A stretch of 64,000 nt of DNA, taken from a virus (lineage: Duplodnaviria; Caudoviricetes). A program made the position numbers and the translations under genes. Under the pieces are notes generated by a model that ran no database searches, was not told the origin of the DNA, and saw only the letters and a program-made list of their open reading frames with translations. Each line of letters starts with the position of its first letter. Position 1 is the first letter of the stretch. Below are positions 55,834-63,597 of the stretch, piece by piece. The stretch spans positions 13,833 through 77,832 of the IMG/VR virus record IMGVR_UViG_2706795618_000001. One strand, 5' to 3'.

Positions 55834-56285
55834 TCGCCGTAGAGATCGCCGCGACGGCCAAGCCCACCGTGAAGATGGCCTACGTGTTCCACCCCGGCAC
55901 GGGGCCGTGGCGCGTGGGCAACGTGGTCCAGGACGGAGAGGGTCGGTGGCAGTTCCAGCCGCTGCCGCCATGGCGTGACCAGCTGCACGACTACCAGCGG
56001 GTGGCGCTGGGCCACGTCATCGACGGCGGTTGGGACACCTTGGAGCAGATGCGATCCGGCGCGTCAGCCGCCGTCGGCATGGTGCTGGGCTGGTGGATGT
56101 CGGGTCTGCTGCCGCGTGACGCCCTGGGCCACATGAAGTCCTACCTGACGGGCGGGCTGATCCCAACGGCGTTGGCCTGCCCCCACGGCCAGCACCAGGT
56201 GTGGTGCGGGGAGTGCCACCCGCCGTTCCGCATTGAGGACTTCATGGACGCGGAGGACTGCGACGACCCAGAGGACTACCGATGA
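55830..56285 (+). CDS. Hypothetical protein, paralog of previous gene
   Basis: Same motif plus C-terminal CPHG...CGECH. Confidence 0.7.
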   Translation: MIAVEIAATAKPTVKMAYVFHPGTGPWRVGNVVQDGEGRWQFQPLPPWRDQLHDYQRVALGHVIDGGWDTLEQMRSGASAAVGMVLGWWMSGLLPRDALGHMKSYLTGGLIPTALACPHGQHQVWCGECHPPFRIEDFMDAEDCDDPEDYR

Positions 56286-56623
56286 TCGTCAACCACAGCG
56301 TGCAGGCCCGGGAGGTCCGCGTGGGGGATCTGGTGGCCCCCAACGGTGCCGACGACGCACCGCTTATCGCCCAGGTGCAGACCCACCGGCTGGAGCGCGG
56401 CGACGCCATCTATACCGCCGTCTTCCAGCTGGACCTGGAGGTCGAGGACCGGCCCCGGGTGCTGGAGTTCATCGTCCCGGCCCACTTCCCCGTGATGGTG
56501 GGCCGACCGGCCAACGACGGGTCGCCGGCACAACAGGTCACCGAGCTGTGCGACCGGCTGGGGCTGGAGTGGCGCTACCTCGACGGTGGAGGGCTGGCGA
56601 TCACTCCATGGTCGGCGCGATGA
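56282..56623 (+). CDS. Hypothetical protein
   Basis: ATGA overlaps. Confidence 0.6.
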   Translation: MIVNHSVQAREVRVGDLVAPNGADDAPLIAQVQTHRLERGDAIYTAVFQLDLEVEDRPRVLEFIVPAHFPVMVGRPANDGSPAQQVTELCDRLGLEWRYLDGGGLAITPWSAR

Positions 56624-57048
56624 ACGCCGACCAGCTGGGGGAGATCCAGCAGACCATGTTGCACGACATGCGGCTGTACCAAGGCAATCACTTTGGCAGC
56701 CAACGGAAGTGGGGGAGCGCGGAGCGAAAGGTGTTGGCCAGCCTCCACGCTCGTGGCCTGGTCACGTCGGAGTACCGGTACGCCAGCCTGACCCCGGAGG
56801 GGCAGCGGGTGGCCGACGCCATCATCGCCGAGGTGTGGAAGCGCGAGCCCATCCCAGCGGGCGACACCATCGTGCTGGTGACGCCGTGCGGCCCACACGC
56901 CACCAAGGCGTTGTGTGGTGGGTGCAGCGACGACCGAGGGGTGCGGTGGGTGTGCCATCTGCTGGGCCACAGCGACGAGGCCGACACCCTGGCGTGCGCT
57001 CACCGACACGCTGCCGGGCACGGCCAAAACCACGACCGCTATAACTGA
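56620..57048 (+). CDS. Winged-helix-like plus Cys/His protein
   Basis: VLASLHARGLV...SLTPEG. Confidence 0.6.
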   Translation: MNADQLGEIQQTMLHDMRLYQGNHFGSQRKWGSAERKVLASLHARGLVTSEYRYASLTPEGQRVADAIIAEVWKREPIPAGDTIVLVTPCGPHATKALCGGCSDDRGVRWVCHLLGHSDEADTLACAHRHAAGHGQNHDRYN

Positions 57049-57075
57049 TTCACCGGGGCAGGTACCGACCAGCCC
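57040..57075 (+). promoter_or_regulatory. Repeat cassette copy 9 (-10 box and hairpin only; no operator or clear -35)
   Basis: TATAAC then GGGGC-A-GGT-ACCG-ACC-A-GCCC. Confidence 0.7.
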
Positions 57076-57097
57076 GACGAACCCCGAAGGGGGCGGC

Positions 57098-57472
57098 ATG
57101 GCGACAAGGCAACCCATGATTGCGCTGCTCGCGGCGCTGACCGTCGCGCTGGTCGGCTGCTCGACCGCCGGCCAAACCCCACCTACCCCGACGAGCACCA
57201 CCACGGCGACCAGCACGACGGCCCCCGTTGCCCTCACTGACCAGGACCGGGTGTTCCTCGACCAGCTCCAGAGCGACGAGGCGATGTGGCAGCGTCAGTT
57301 CAGCTTTGTGCCAACAGATGTGCTGACGGGGGTGGGCCACAGGGCGTGTACCGAGCTTCGGTCTGATTGGGATGGCGCGATACAGGAGGCCGTTGAATCC
57401 GGTATCGACCGGGACGCGGTGGTGGCACTGTTGGACGCTGCAATCGTCGCCTACTGCCCCGACCTGCAATAG
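57098..57472 (+). CDS. DUF732-like lipoprotein
   Basis: Lipobox LVGC; D..FL..L, GH.AC, AAIVAYCP. Confidence 0.8.
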   Translation: MATRQPMIALLAALTVALVGCSTAGQTPPTPTSTTTATSTTAPVALTDQDRVFLDQLQSDEAMWQRQFSFVPTDVLTGVGHRACTELRSDWDGAIQEAVESGIDRDAVVALLDAAIVAYCPDLQ

Positions 57473-57501
57473 CCGCTTGCGCTGGACAAACATGCAGATA
57501 G

Positions 57502-57563
57502 TTGCATGTTAAAAGTCTAGTGAGCTATAAACGAGTCACCGGGGCAGGTACTGGACCAGCCCC
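57502..57563 (+). promoter_or_regulatory. Repeat cassette copy 10
   Basis: TTGCAT-N18-TATAAA, operator, hairpin with ACTGG loop. Confidence 0.85.
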
Positions 57564-57584
57564 CACACCCCGAGGGGGGACAGC

Positions 57585-57941
57585 ATGGCCACCACCACTC
57601 CCGACCGCGTGACCGTACAACCGGCAGGTGCCGCCACCTGCGACGTGTGCCAGGGCCGCGTGGACACCAGCTCCACCGTCACCTTCGCGGACGGCACCTA
57701 CAGCCGTCGCTGCTCGACCCACGAGGACGCCAAGTTCGACCGCGCTGGTGTGCGTCGGCCACTCCCGGCCACCGACATCGCCCCCAACACCCGAGTCCGC
57801 TTGATCGGGTCGCAGGGCTACACCGGAACCTTCATCCGCTACTACGCCCCGATGCCGTCAGGCAAGCGGAACGTGGAGGTGCGCTGGGACCGTGCCGACG
57901 TGGTGATGACGGTCCTGGAAACCCAGATCGAGGCCATCTGA
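57585..57941 (+). CDS. Zn-finger plus SH3-like hypothetical protein
   Basis: CDVC...CSTH; RVRL...GT...V.WD. Confidence 0.7.
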   Translation: MATTTPDRVTVQPAGAATCDVCQGRVDTSSTVTFADGTYSRRCSTHEDAKFDRAGVRRPLPATDIAPNTRVRLIGSQGYTGTFIRYYAPMPSGKRNVEVRWDRADVVMTVLETQIEAI

Positions 57942-57975
57942 CCAGCGCCACAACCGACCCCGAAAGGCCACCACG

Positions 57976-58212
57976 ATGACCACCACCACGACGACCGCCC
58001 AGCAGCAGCTCGACCACATCCTGGGCCTGGACCGGACGGACGAGGAGCGCCGCGCCGACTACCACGCCACCGGGGACCGCGCGTACGACAGCGCGGGACG
58101 ACTGATCGAGGAGGCCCGCGCCCTCATGGCCGACGACCCGTGGAAGGCCGAGGAGCTGCTGAACCTCGCGGAATCGCGCCTGTCCCAGGCCCGCAACTAC
58201 TGGAGCAGGTGA
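57976..58212 (+). CDS. Small helical hypothetical protein
   Basis: RBS GAAAGG. Confidence 0.7.
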   Translation: MTTTTTTAQQQLDHILGLDRTDEERRADYHATGDRAYDSAGRLIEEARALMADDPWKAEELLNLAESRLSQARNYWSR

Positions 58213-58217
58213 CGACC

Positions 58218-58436
58218 ATGCAGGGAAACGAACTACTGGCCGACCCCACCGCCCCAGCGGTCGATACCGAGGGGACCGTGTGGGTGTTCGAGCCCGAAAG
58301 CGACGGGTGGCGCTACGTCACCAACGAGGGCCGCCTGTCGTGGGACATCCACCACACCCCACCCGACACCTACGCGCCGTATGTCGCCCTCGACCGCGGC
58401 GCGGCCCGACTGATCATCAGCGCCATCAGCACGTAA
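58218..58436 (+). CDS. Hypothetical protein
   Basis: Packing; start 58209 or 58218. Confidence 0.6.
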   Translation: MQGNELLADPTAPAVDTEGTVWVFEPESDGWRYVTNEGRLSWDIHHTPPDTYAPYVALDRGAARLIISAIST

Positions 58437-58481
58437 CCACCAACCGCGACACCAACCCCACCGAGAGAGGACAACTGACCG

Positions 58482-58742
58482 ATGACCACCACCAACCGGG
58501 TGTGCTACTACACCAACGAGTCGTTCTACAACCGCGACCAGCGCGGATACGAAGTCGCCAAGGTCACCGAGAACGAGGCCGGCTATGTCCCGTGCTTCGG
58601 CCTGTACCCCACGCCCGACGCTGCGCTGGCCGCTGCCGACCAGATGAACGCACCCCTGGGGTTGACCCGCGACGACGTGCTGGCCATCGTCGCCAGCTCT
58701 ATGGCCCAGGGGCCGGTGGGAGGTCAACCGATGGAACGCTGA
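58482..58742 (+). CDS. Hypothetical protein
   Basis: RBS GAGAGGA. Confidence 0.7.
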   Translation: MTTTNRVCYYTNESFYNRDQRGYEVAKVTENEAGYVPCFGLYPTPDAALAAADQMNAPLGLTRDDVLAIVASSMAQGPVGGQPMER

Positions 58743-58751
58743 TCCCAAGCC

Positions 58752-58788
58752 GACGAACCCCCGGGGCCACCTTCCCCGGGGGTTCGTT
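58752..58788 (+). terminator. Intrinsic terminator
   Basis: 15-bp stem followed by T-rich tail. Confidence 0.8.
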
Positions 58789-58944
58789 GTTTGCCGGTAT
58801 CGGCCGCGGTCTGCACGCGCGCCTGCCGGACGTTCACGGTGTCCCTGGGGTGGTTGTACCGGCCAGGAACTGCACGTCGATGCAGCGAACCAGGCGCAAC
58901 GTGTTATACCCTTGCCGCGGCACCGCTGTGCCCAAATTCCAGCC

Positions 58945-59143
58945 AACGGCCCCCGTCACCCGGGGGCCGTTTTGCGTTCCGAGCCCTTCCCGCCGCGGCT
59001 ACGTCAAACCCGATCTGACTGCCGGGCAAGCCCGCGCGAGCAATGGGCCACATCCCTTGCGCGCCATCAGTCTGCACGCGGACCGCCACCCAGAACCCCA
59101 ACTCCTTGTGGGCGAGGGCGGGCTGCGTGGCCGCGGCGGGGAG
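58945..59143 (+). ncRNA. Candidate structured non-coding RNA or 5' leader
   Basis: 11-bp hairpin 58945-58971, then 18-bp long-range stem 58986-59003/59126-59143 with two G-U pairs; no convincing ORF. Confidence 0.45.
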
Positions 59144-59172
59144 CCAAACAGCCACCGTCCCAAGGAGATTCG

Positions 59173-59394
59173 ATGTACAGCACCCAGCAGTCCAGTGAAG
59201 ACATCCAACGCCGGTTCGGTGAGGTCGAGGACGACCAGCGGGTGAAGGCGTACCTGCTCGCCGGCAAGGTCACCGAGCTGGCCCACTACCTGGACGCCAC
59301 CCTGCCGCCCGGGCGCGACAAGGCCCTGGCGCTGACCCACCTCGAGGACGTGTTGGGTCGCGGGGTGCGCGCACTGCAGCGAGGCGGCAAGTGA
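59173..59394 (+). CDS. Acb2/Tad1-like helical hairpin protein (divergent)
   Basis: DI.RRF...ELA.YL...LPPGRDKALALTHLED; RBS AAGGAG. Confidence 0.55.
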   Translation: MYSTQQSSEDIQRRFGEVEDDQRVKAYLLAGKVTELAHYLDATLPPGRDKALALTHLEDVLGRGVRALQRGGK

Positions 59395-59768
59395 GCACCG
59401 AATCGCGCGAATACACGCGGCTGTTGCCCGTGTTGGCGACCGACGACCTGCCGACGCTGCAGTGGCTGACGCGGGAATCGTTCGAGAACACCGCTGCGGC
59501 CGACGGTTTGGTGATCGCCGCGTACGCCGACGCCGTGGTGGACCCCACGGGCCTGGTGTCGAGAGCTGTTGCGGCCCACCTCGACCGGCCGGTTGACGAG
59601 TACGAGTGGCACCTGTTCACCGCGACGGCGGTACGGCCCGAGCGCGCCCCGCTGCCTGATCACTGCGGGTACTGCGCGCCGCACCCGTCGCACTCGACGC
59701 CCTGCACCCACACGGTGGGCGACGGCGACGACGAGAAGCCGTGCCGGTGCCCCGGGTGGCCGCTGTGA
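59391..59768 (+). CDS. Hypothetical protein
   Basis: GTGA overlap. Confidence 0.6.
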   Translation: MSTESREYTRLLPVLATDDLPTLQWLTRESFENTAAADGLVIAAYADAVVDPTGLVSRAVAAHLDRPVDEYEWHLFTATAVRPERAPLPDHCGYCAPHPSHSTPCTHTVGDGDDEKPCRCPGWPL

Positions 59769-59970
59769 GGTGCCCACTGACCGACGACAGCCGGTTCACG
59801 CTGGTGGGATCAGCAGTGCCGCCGGTCATCCCGCCGCCACCACTCCAGTTCCCAAGGCCTGAGCCGGTCGCACCGTGGACCGCGCTGGCGCTGGCGATGC
59901 TCCAGGTCAGGCTCGCGGAGCTGGCACCACAGAACCCGTTCGACCCCGCCGCGTGGATGGGCAGCGACTG

Positions 59971-60162
59971 ATGGCAGCAACGGTTCCGCTGGTCCTCGAC
60001 GTGTCGGCGGTGATCGAACCCGCCCCGGACGGCCCCGTCGTCGCCCTGGTGGTCAACGGCCAGGTGGTGGACCGCAAGCCGCTACGGGAGTACCTGGCGT
60101 GCCCCGTGTGCGGCCACGCCACCAACGCCAACCGAGGAGGGAACGCTCCATGTTCAAGCTGA
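59971..60162 (+). CDS. Small protein with CPVC motif
   Basis: TGATG junction. Confidence 0.5.
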   Translation: MAATVPLVLDVSAVIEPAPDGPVVALVVNGQVVDRKPLREYLACPVCGHATNANRGGNAPCSS

Positions 60163-60740
60163 CGGGACAGTGGCTCAACGCCGTCACCGCCGACGTGCGG
60201 ATCCAGCGCGTGGACGTAGACATCGAGGGACCGGGCGACGTGACGGGCAGCGTCGTTGCAGGTCAGCTGCGTAACGCATCCGGCACCGCCGGGTTCGACC
60301 TGCCGCAGGGCCTGTACCGGGTGCGGCTGATGAACGTCAAGGTGGCGGGCTGGTCCGTCGCGGTGGAGGTCGCCACCATCGTGGCGGCGTCGGGCGTGGC
60401 CAACAACGCGGTGGTGAACGTGGCCCAGGGGCTCAAGCTGCCCGGGGTGTACGACCCGACGGCCCCCACGGGTGAGGTGACGGAGCAGTTCGTCACCAAC
60501 GCCATCGCCGCCGCTACCGCCAACATGGCGACCGACTCCGAGGTGGCCAGCGCGGTGGCACCACTGGCGGCCAAGTCGTACGTGGACAACCTGGTGGCCG
60601 ACGCCATCACCCTGCCGGTAACCAGCGGTGCCCCAACGGGTGCCGCGGCCGACGGGACGCTGGCGATCGACAGCACCGGCCCCACCCTGTACGCCCGTGT
60701 CGCCGGGGCGTGGGTCGCCGTCAGCACCCCCGCGGCATAA
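60150..60740 (+). CDS. Possible virion accessory protein
   Basis: RBS GAGGAGG; beta-rich N-terminus, fibre-like C-terminus (SGAPTG..DG..AID). Confidence 0.55.
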   Translation: MFKLTGQWLNAVTADVRIQRVDVDIEGPGDVTGSVVAGQLRNASGTAGFDLPQGLYRVRLMNVKVAGWSVAVEVATIVAASGVANNAVVNVAQGLKLPGVYDPTAPTGEVTEQFVTNAIAAATANMATDSEVASAVAPLAAKSYVDNLVADAITLPVTSGAPTGAAADGTLAIDSTGPTLYARVAGAWVAVSTPAA

Positions 60741-60806
60741 GGCGACGTAATAGCCGATTATCGGCGGTTCCTCACCACCAACCCCACCCGCCACAAGGAG
60801 CACAAG

Positions 60807-61082
60807 ATGATGACGCAGCCACAGACCACGGCGGTGCAGTACCCCGTCGCCCAAGAGGTGTTGGACCGCGACGGCGACAACGTGATGGCCGCGCTGCGCG
60901 CTTCGGCCGCAGCGTTCTTCGACAACCTGGGGACCGTCGTGGGGGACATCGAGGCGCGGGCGGTGCAGGAACCGCGCATCAACGGCCTGCGGCTGCTACC
61001 GACGGACGAGGAGGGCAACGAGCTGCCGCCAACCACGTTGGTGCAGTTCAGAGCCCAGGTGATCGTAGGATGGGCAGCCTGA
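60807..61082 (+). CDS. Hypothetical protein
   Basis: RBS AAGGAG. Confidence 0.7.
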   Translation: MMTQPQTTAVQYPVAQEVLDRDGDNVMAALRASAAAFFDNLGTVVGDIEARAVQEPRINGLRLLPTDEEGNELPPTTLVQFRAQVIVGWAA

Positions 61083-61462
61083 TGGGCGCGGTGACGCTGG
61101 TCGGTGACCGGCAGACAGGCAAGACACACGGGCTGCTGGCCGTCGCTGTGGCAGACGCCATCCGGGGCCGGCGCGTGGTGTACCAGGCTCAGACGCTGAC
61201 CGTGGCCTACGACCACATGCGCGACGTGGCCGAGATGATCCCGGAGACGCTGATCCGGCGGGTGTCCCGCACCAACGGCAAGTACCGGATCGAGCTGTTC
61301 AACGGCGGCGTCGTGTGGTTCCGCTCCCACGGCCAGGAGGCGTTACCGGCGTCGCGCCGGATCGACACCTACCTGCTGGACGATTGGGCCTCCTCGTGGG
61401 TGCCCAAGGCGGCCAGCGCTGCCGAGTTCCTGTACGTGGCACAGATGGCCGAGGACGCCTGA
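61082..61462 (+). CDS. Stand-alone P-loop fragment resembling the terminase ATPase N-terminus
   Basis: GDRQTGKT Walker A; NGGVVWFRS; YLLDD Walker-B-like. Confidence 0.6.
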   Translation: MGAVTLVGDRQTGKTHGLLAVAVADAIRGRRVVYQAQTLTVAYDHMRDVAEMIPETLIRRVSRTNGKYRIELFNGGVVWFRSHGQEALPASRRIDTYLLDDWASSWVPKAASAAEFLYVAQMAEDA

Positions 61463-61650
61463 TGGTGCCGCTGACGTGGCGGGAGCGGCTGCTCAACCTG
61501 GGCTACGACGTGTGCCACCCCATCACCACGGTGCAGCGCACCATCGCGCAGCGGTACTGCCGCCGGTTCGAGCTGGTGATGGTGGACACGTCGGACATCG
61601 TGCCGATGGCGGCCTACCGGTACATCCAGAGCCACAGGGACGCCCGGTGA
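61462..61650 (+). CDS. Small hypothetical protein
   Basis: TGATG junction. Confidence 0.5.
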   Translation: MVPLTWRERLLNLGYDVCHPITTVQRTIAQRYCRRFELVMVDTSDIVPMAAYRYIQSHRDAR

Positions 61651-62516
61651 ACACCGACCCAACGACACCCGGGGCGGCTGCCGATCCGGCAGGCGACGCT
61701 GCAGACGCGGAGCAACCACACTGCGTCGAGTGTCCCCACCGTCGACACTTCGGCTCCTGCCCGACGACGGGATGTGACTGCGGCCCGCTCGACGGCCCGG
61801 GCGTCATCGCCAGCCTGGAGGCCAACCCGCTGGGTACCACGGTGCTCCACGGCCCCCACACCAGCGTGGCCGAGGAGCGCGGGGAGGAGCTGGTGCCCGC
61901 GCGCTACTCGTTCAACACCGACGAGGCGCAGCTGGCCGTCGCCGCCATCACGTTCACCGGTTCCGTTGCCGACGGCCTGATCAGGCACCCGGTCCACGCC
62001 AACGTGGAGCACGTGCTGACCAGCCACCAGTTCGCCTACCACGACGTGCCCGGTCACCCCGGGTGGAAGGAGGCCCGACCCGTGGCCAACGACAAGACGC
62101 ACCAAATCGACATCCGCGTTGACGGCAAGATCGTCTACAGCCAGCACCTGGCCGAGTATCACCTGAGCGCCAACCGCGAGAGTGTCGAGCTGACCGGCAG
62201 CATCAAACCGCTTGAGGCCGTCGAGGTCACCGACAACCCGCTGCTGCCCCCGACCGGCACCCCGGTGACGCTGCCCGAGGGGTTCGTTCCCATCACCGAT
62301 GAGAGCACCGCACCCGACGCGCACCTCAACGAGGAGCCCGAGTCCCAGCCCATCATCGAGACGGTGCACACGGGTGCCCGCGACGTAGCGGCCGAGGAGG
62401 AGCAGCGCAAGGCCGACCGCGCGGCCCGACGGAAGGCCCAAGCGGACAAGGCCCCCGGGTACGGAGAGGCCGCGACCAGTGCGGCCCAGGGCGACGAGAA
62501 CGCCGAGGTGGGGTAG
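61647..62516 (+). CDS. Hypothetical protein
   Basis: GTGA overlap; coding-like GC3. Confidence 0.6.
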   Translation: MNTDPTTPGAAADPAGDAADAEQPHCVECPHRRHFGSCPTTGCDCGPLDGPGVIASLEANPLGTTVLHGPHTSVAEERGEELVPARYSFNTDEAQLAVAAITFTGSVADGLIRHPVHANVEHVLTSHQFAYHDVPGHPGWKEARPVANDKTHQIDIRVDGKIVYSQHLAEYHLSANRESVELTGSIKPLEAVEVTDNPLLPPTGTPVTLPEGFVPITDESTAPDAHLNEEPESQPIIETVHTGARDVAAEEEQRKADRAARRKAQADKAPGYGEAATSAAQGDENAEVG

Positions 62517-62519
62517 GCA

Positions 62520-62771
62520 ATGAACAACTTTCGGCTGCGCGATCCACGGGGTTCTGTGATCGGCTACGGAACTCGCTGGCCCGACGGCAGGATCACGGTC
62601 CATTGGCCCGACTACCCAATGGAGCCCACGCCATTCCCGTCACTCGCCAGCCTGATGAGACGCACTGGGCCGCTCAACGTGGAGGTGGATTGGGTGGGTG
62701 GCCCACCTGACACCGGCAGCGTCGGAATGGAGTACCGATCACACGCTGAGCTGTTGGCCAGGCTGATCTGA
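62520..62771 (+). CDS. Hypothetical protein
   Basis: G.RWPDGRI.V.W motif. Confidence 0.6.
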   Translation: MNNFRLRDPRGSVIGYGTRWPDGRITVHWPDYPMEPTPFPSLASLMRRTGPLNVEVDWVGGPPDTGSVGMEYRSHAELLARLI

Positions 62772-63274
62772 TGGCTGCCCTGGAGTTCGTCACCATCGCC
62801 TACAAGGCGGTAGCGGCTGTGGCCGACCGGTCATCTGACGTGGACGACGACCCCGACATCCGGCCCGTCACGGCCAACGTGGACCTGATCTATCGGGTAC
62901 CGCCCGGGTTCGCGTTCCGCGCATCGCAATACGAGCCCAACCCTGTCGGCAACCCGGGGGTGCACGACCCCACCGACATCGGGGTGGAGTCGTTCGAATG
63001 CCGACTCGATGAGGGCCAGCTGCTGACCCTGGGGGGTCGCCCCGTGCTGGTGGTGGCCAACACCCCAGTGCTGGAGTGGCCGTACGGCGATCTGTACATG
63101 GACGTCAAGTTCCGCAACGTGGTGTTCAACCGCAAGACACAGCCGTGGAGCCCGTTCGCGATCAAGCTGCCCACAGCGGGCGGTACGACGGTCAACCTCA
63201 CCACCGTCACCCGGTACCCCTACGTCCCCCGTGAGCGGTACGCCGAGCACTTCGCGCGCCTGACACCACAGTGA
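62771..63274 (+). CDS. Probable virion/minor tail-like protein
   Basis: AAVAD..DVDDDPD..P; L.ANT..L..LY.DV.F.NV.F; VNLTT. Confidence 0.6.
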   Translation: MAALEFVTIAYKAVAAVADRSSDVDDDPDIRPVTANVDLIYRVPPGFAFRASQYEPNPVGNPGVHDPTDIGVESFECRLDEGQLLTLGGRPVLVVANTPVLEWPYGDLYMDVKFRNVVFNRKTQPWSPFAIKLPTAGGTTVNLTTVTRYPYVPRERYAEHFARLTPQ

Positions 63275-63597
63275 CGGACGAGGCCCGGTACCCCAACACC
63301 ACCACCGGTGAGGGGTTCGACCGGACCCAACACCACTACAAGGAACTCAAGCGCCAGTTCCGAAAGGACTGCGAGCGGGACGGATTGGGCTGCTGGTTGT
63401 GCCCCCAGCCCATCGACTACTCGCTGAAGTGGCCACACCCCGAGTCGTTCACCGTCGATCACGCCAAGCCGGTGTCCAAGTTCCCGGAGCTGGCCGACGA
63501 CCCACTGAACTTCCGACCGGCTCACCTGGTGTGTAACCAGATGAGGGGGGACGACGACCCCCACATCGACATCGGCACGCCGTCCGAAGACTGGTGA
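63271..63597 (+). CDS. HNH endonuclease (packaging-associated position)
   Basis: CWLC, TVDH.KP, N.RPAH..CN..RG. Confidence 0.88.
   Translation: MTDEARYPNTTTGEGFDRTQHHYKELKRQFRKDCERDGLGCWLCPQPIDYSLKWPHPESFTVDHAKPVSKFPELADDPLNFRPAHLVCNQMRGDDDPHIDIGTPSEDW

Noticed and set aside
27578-63250. Long minus-strand ORFs across the right arm (for example 34883-36001, 40562-41650, 53075-54490)
   Set aside because: Antisense to tightly coupled plus-strand genes; low-complexity R/G/P/A translations
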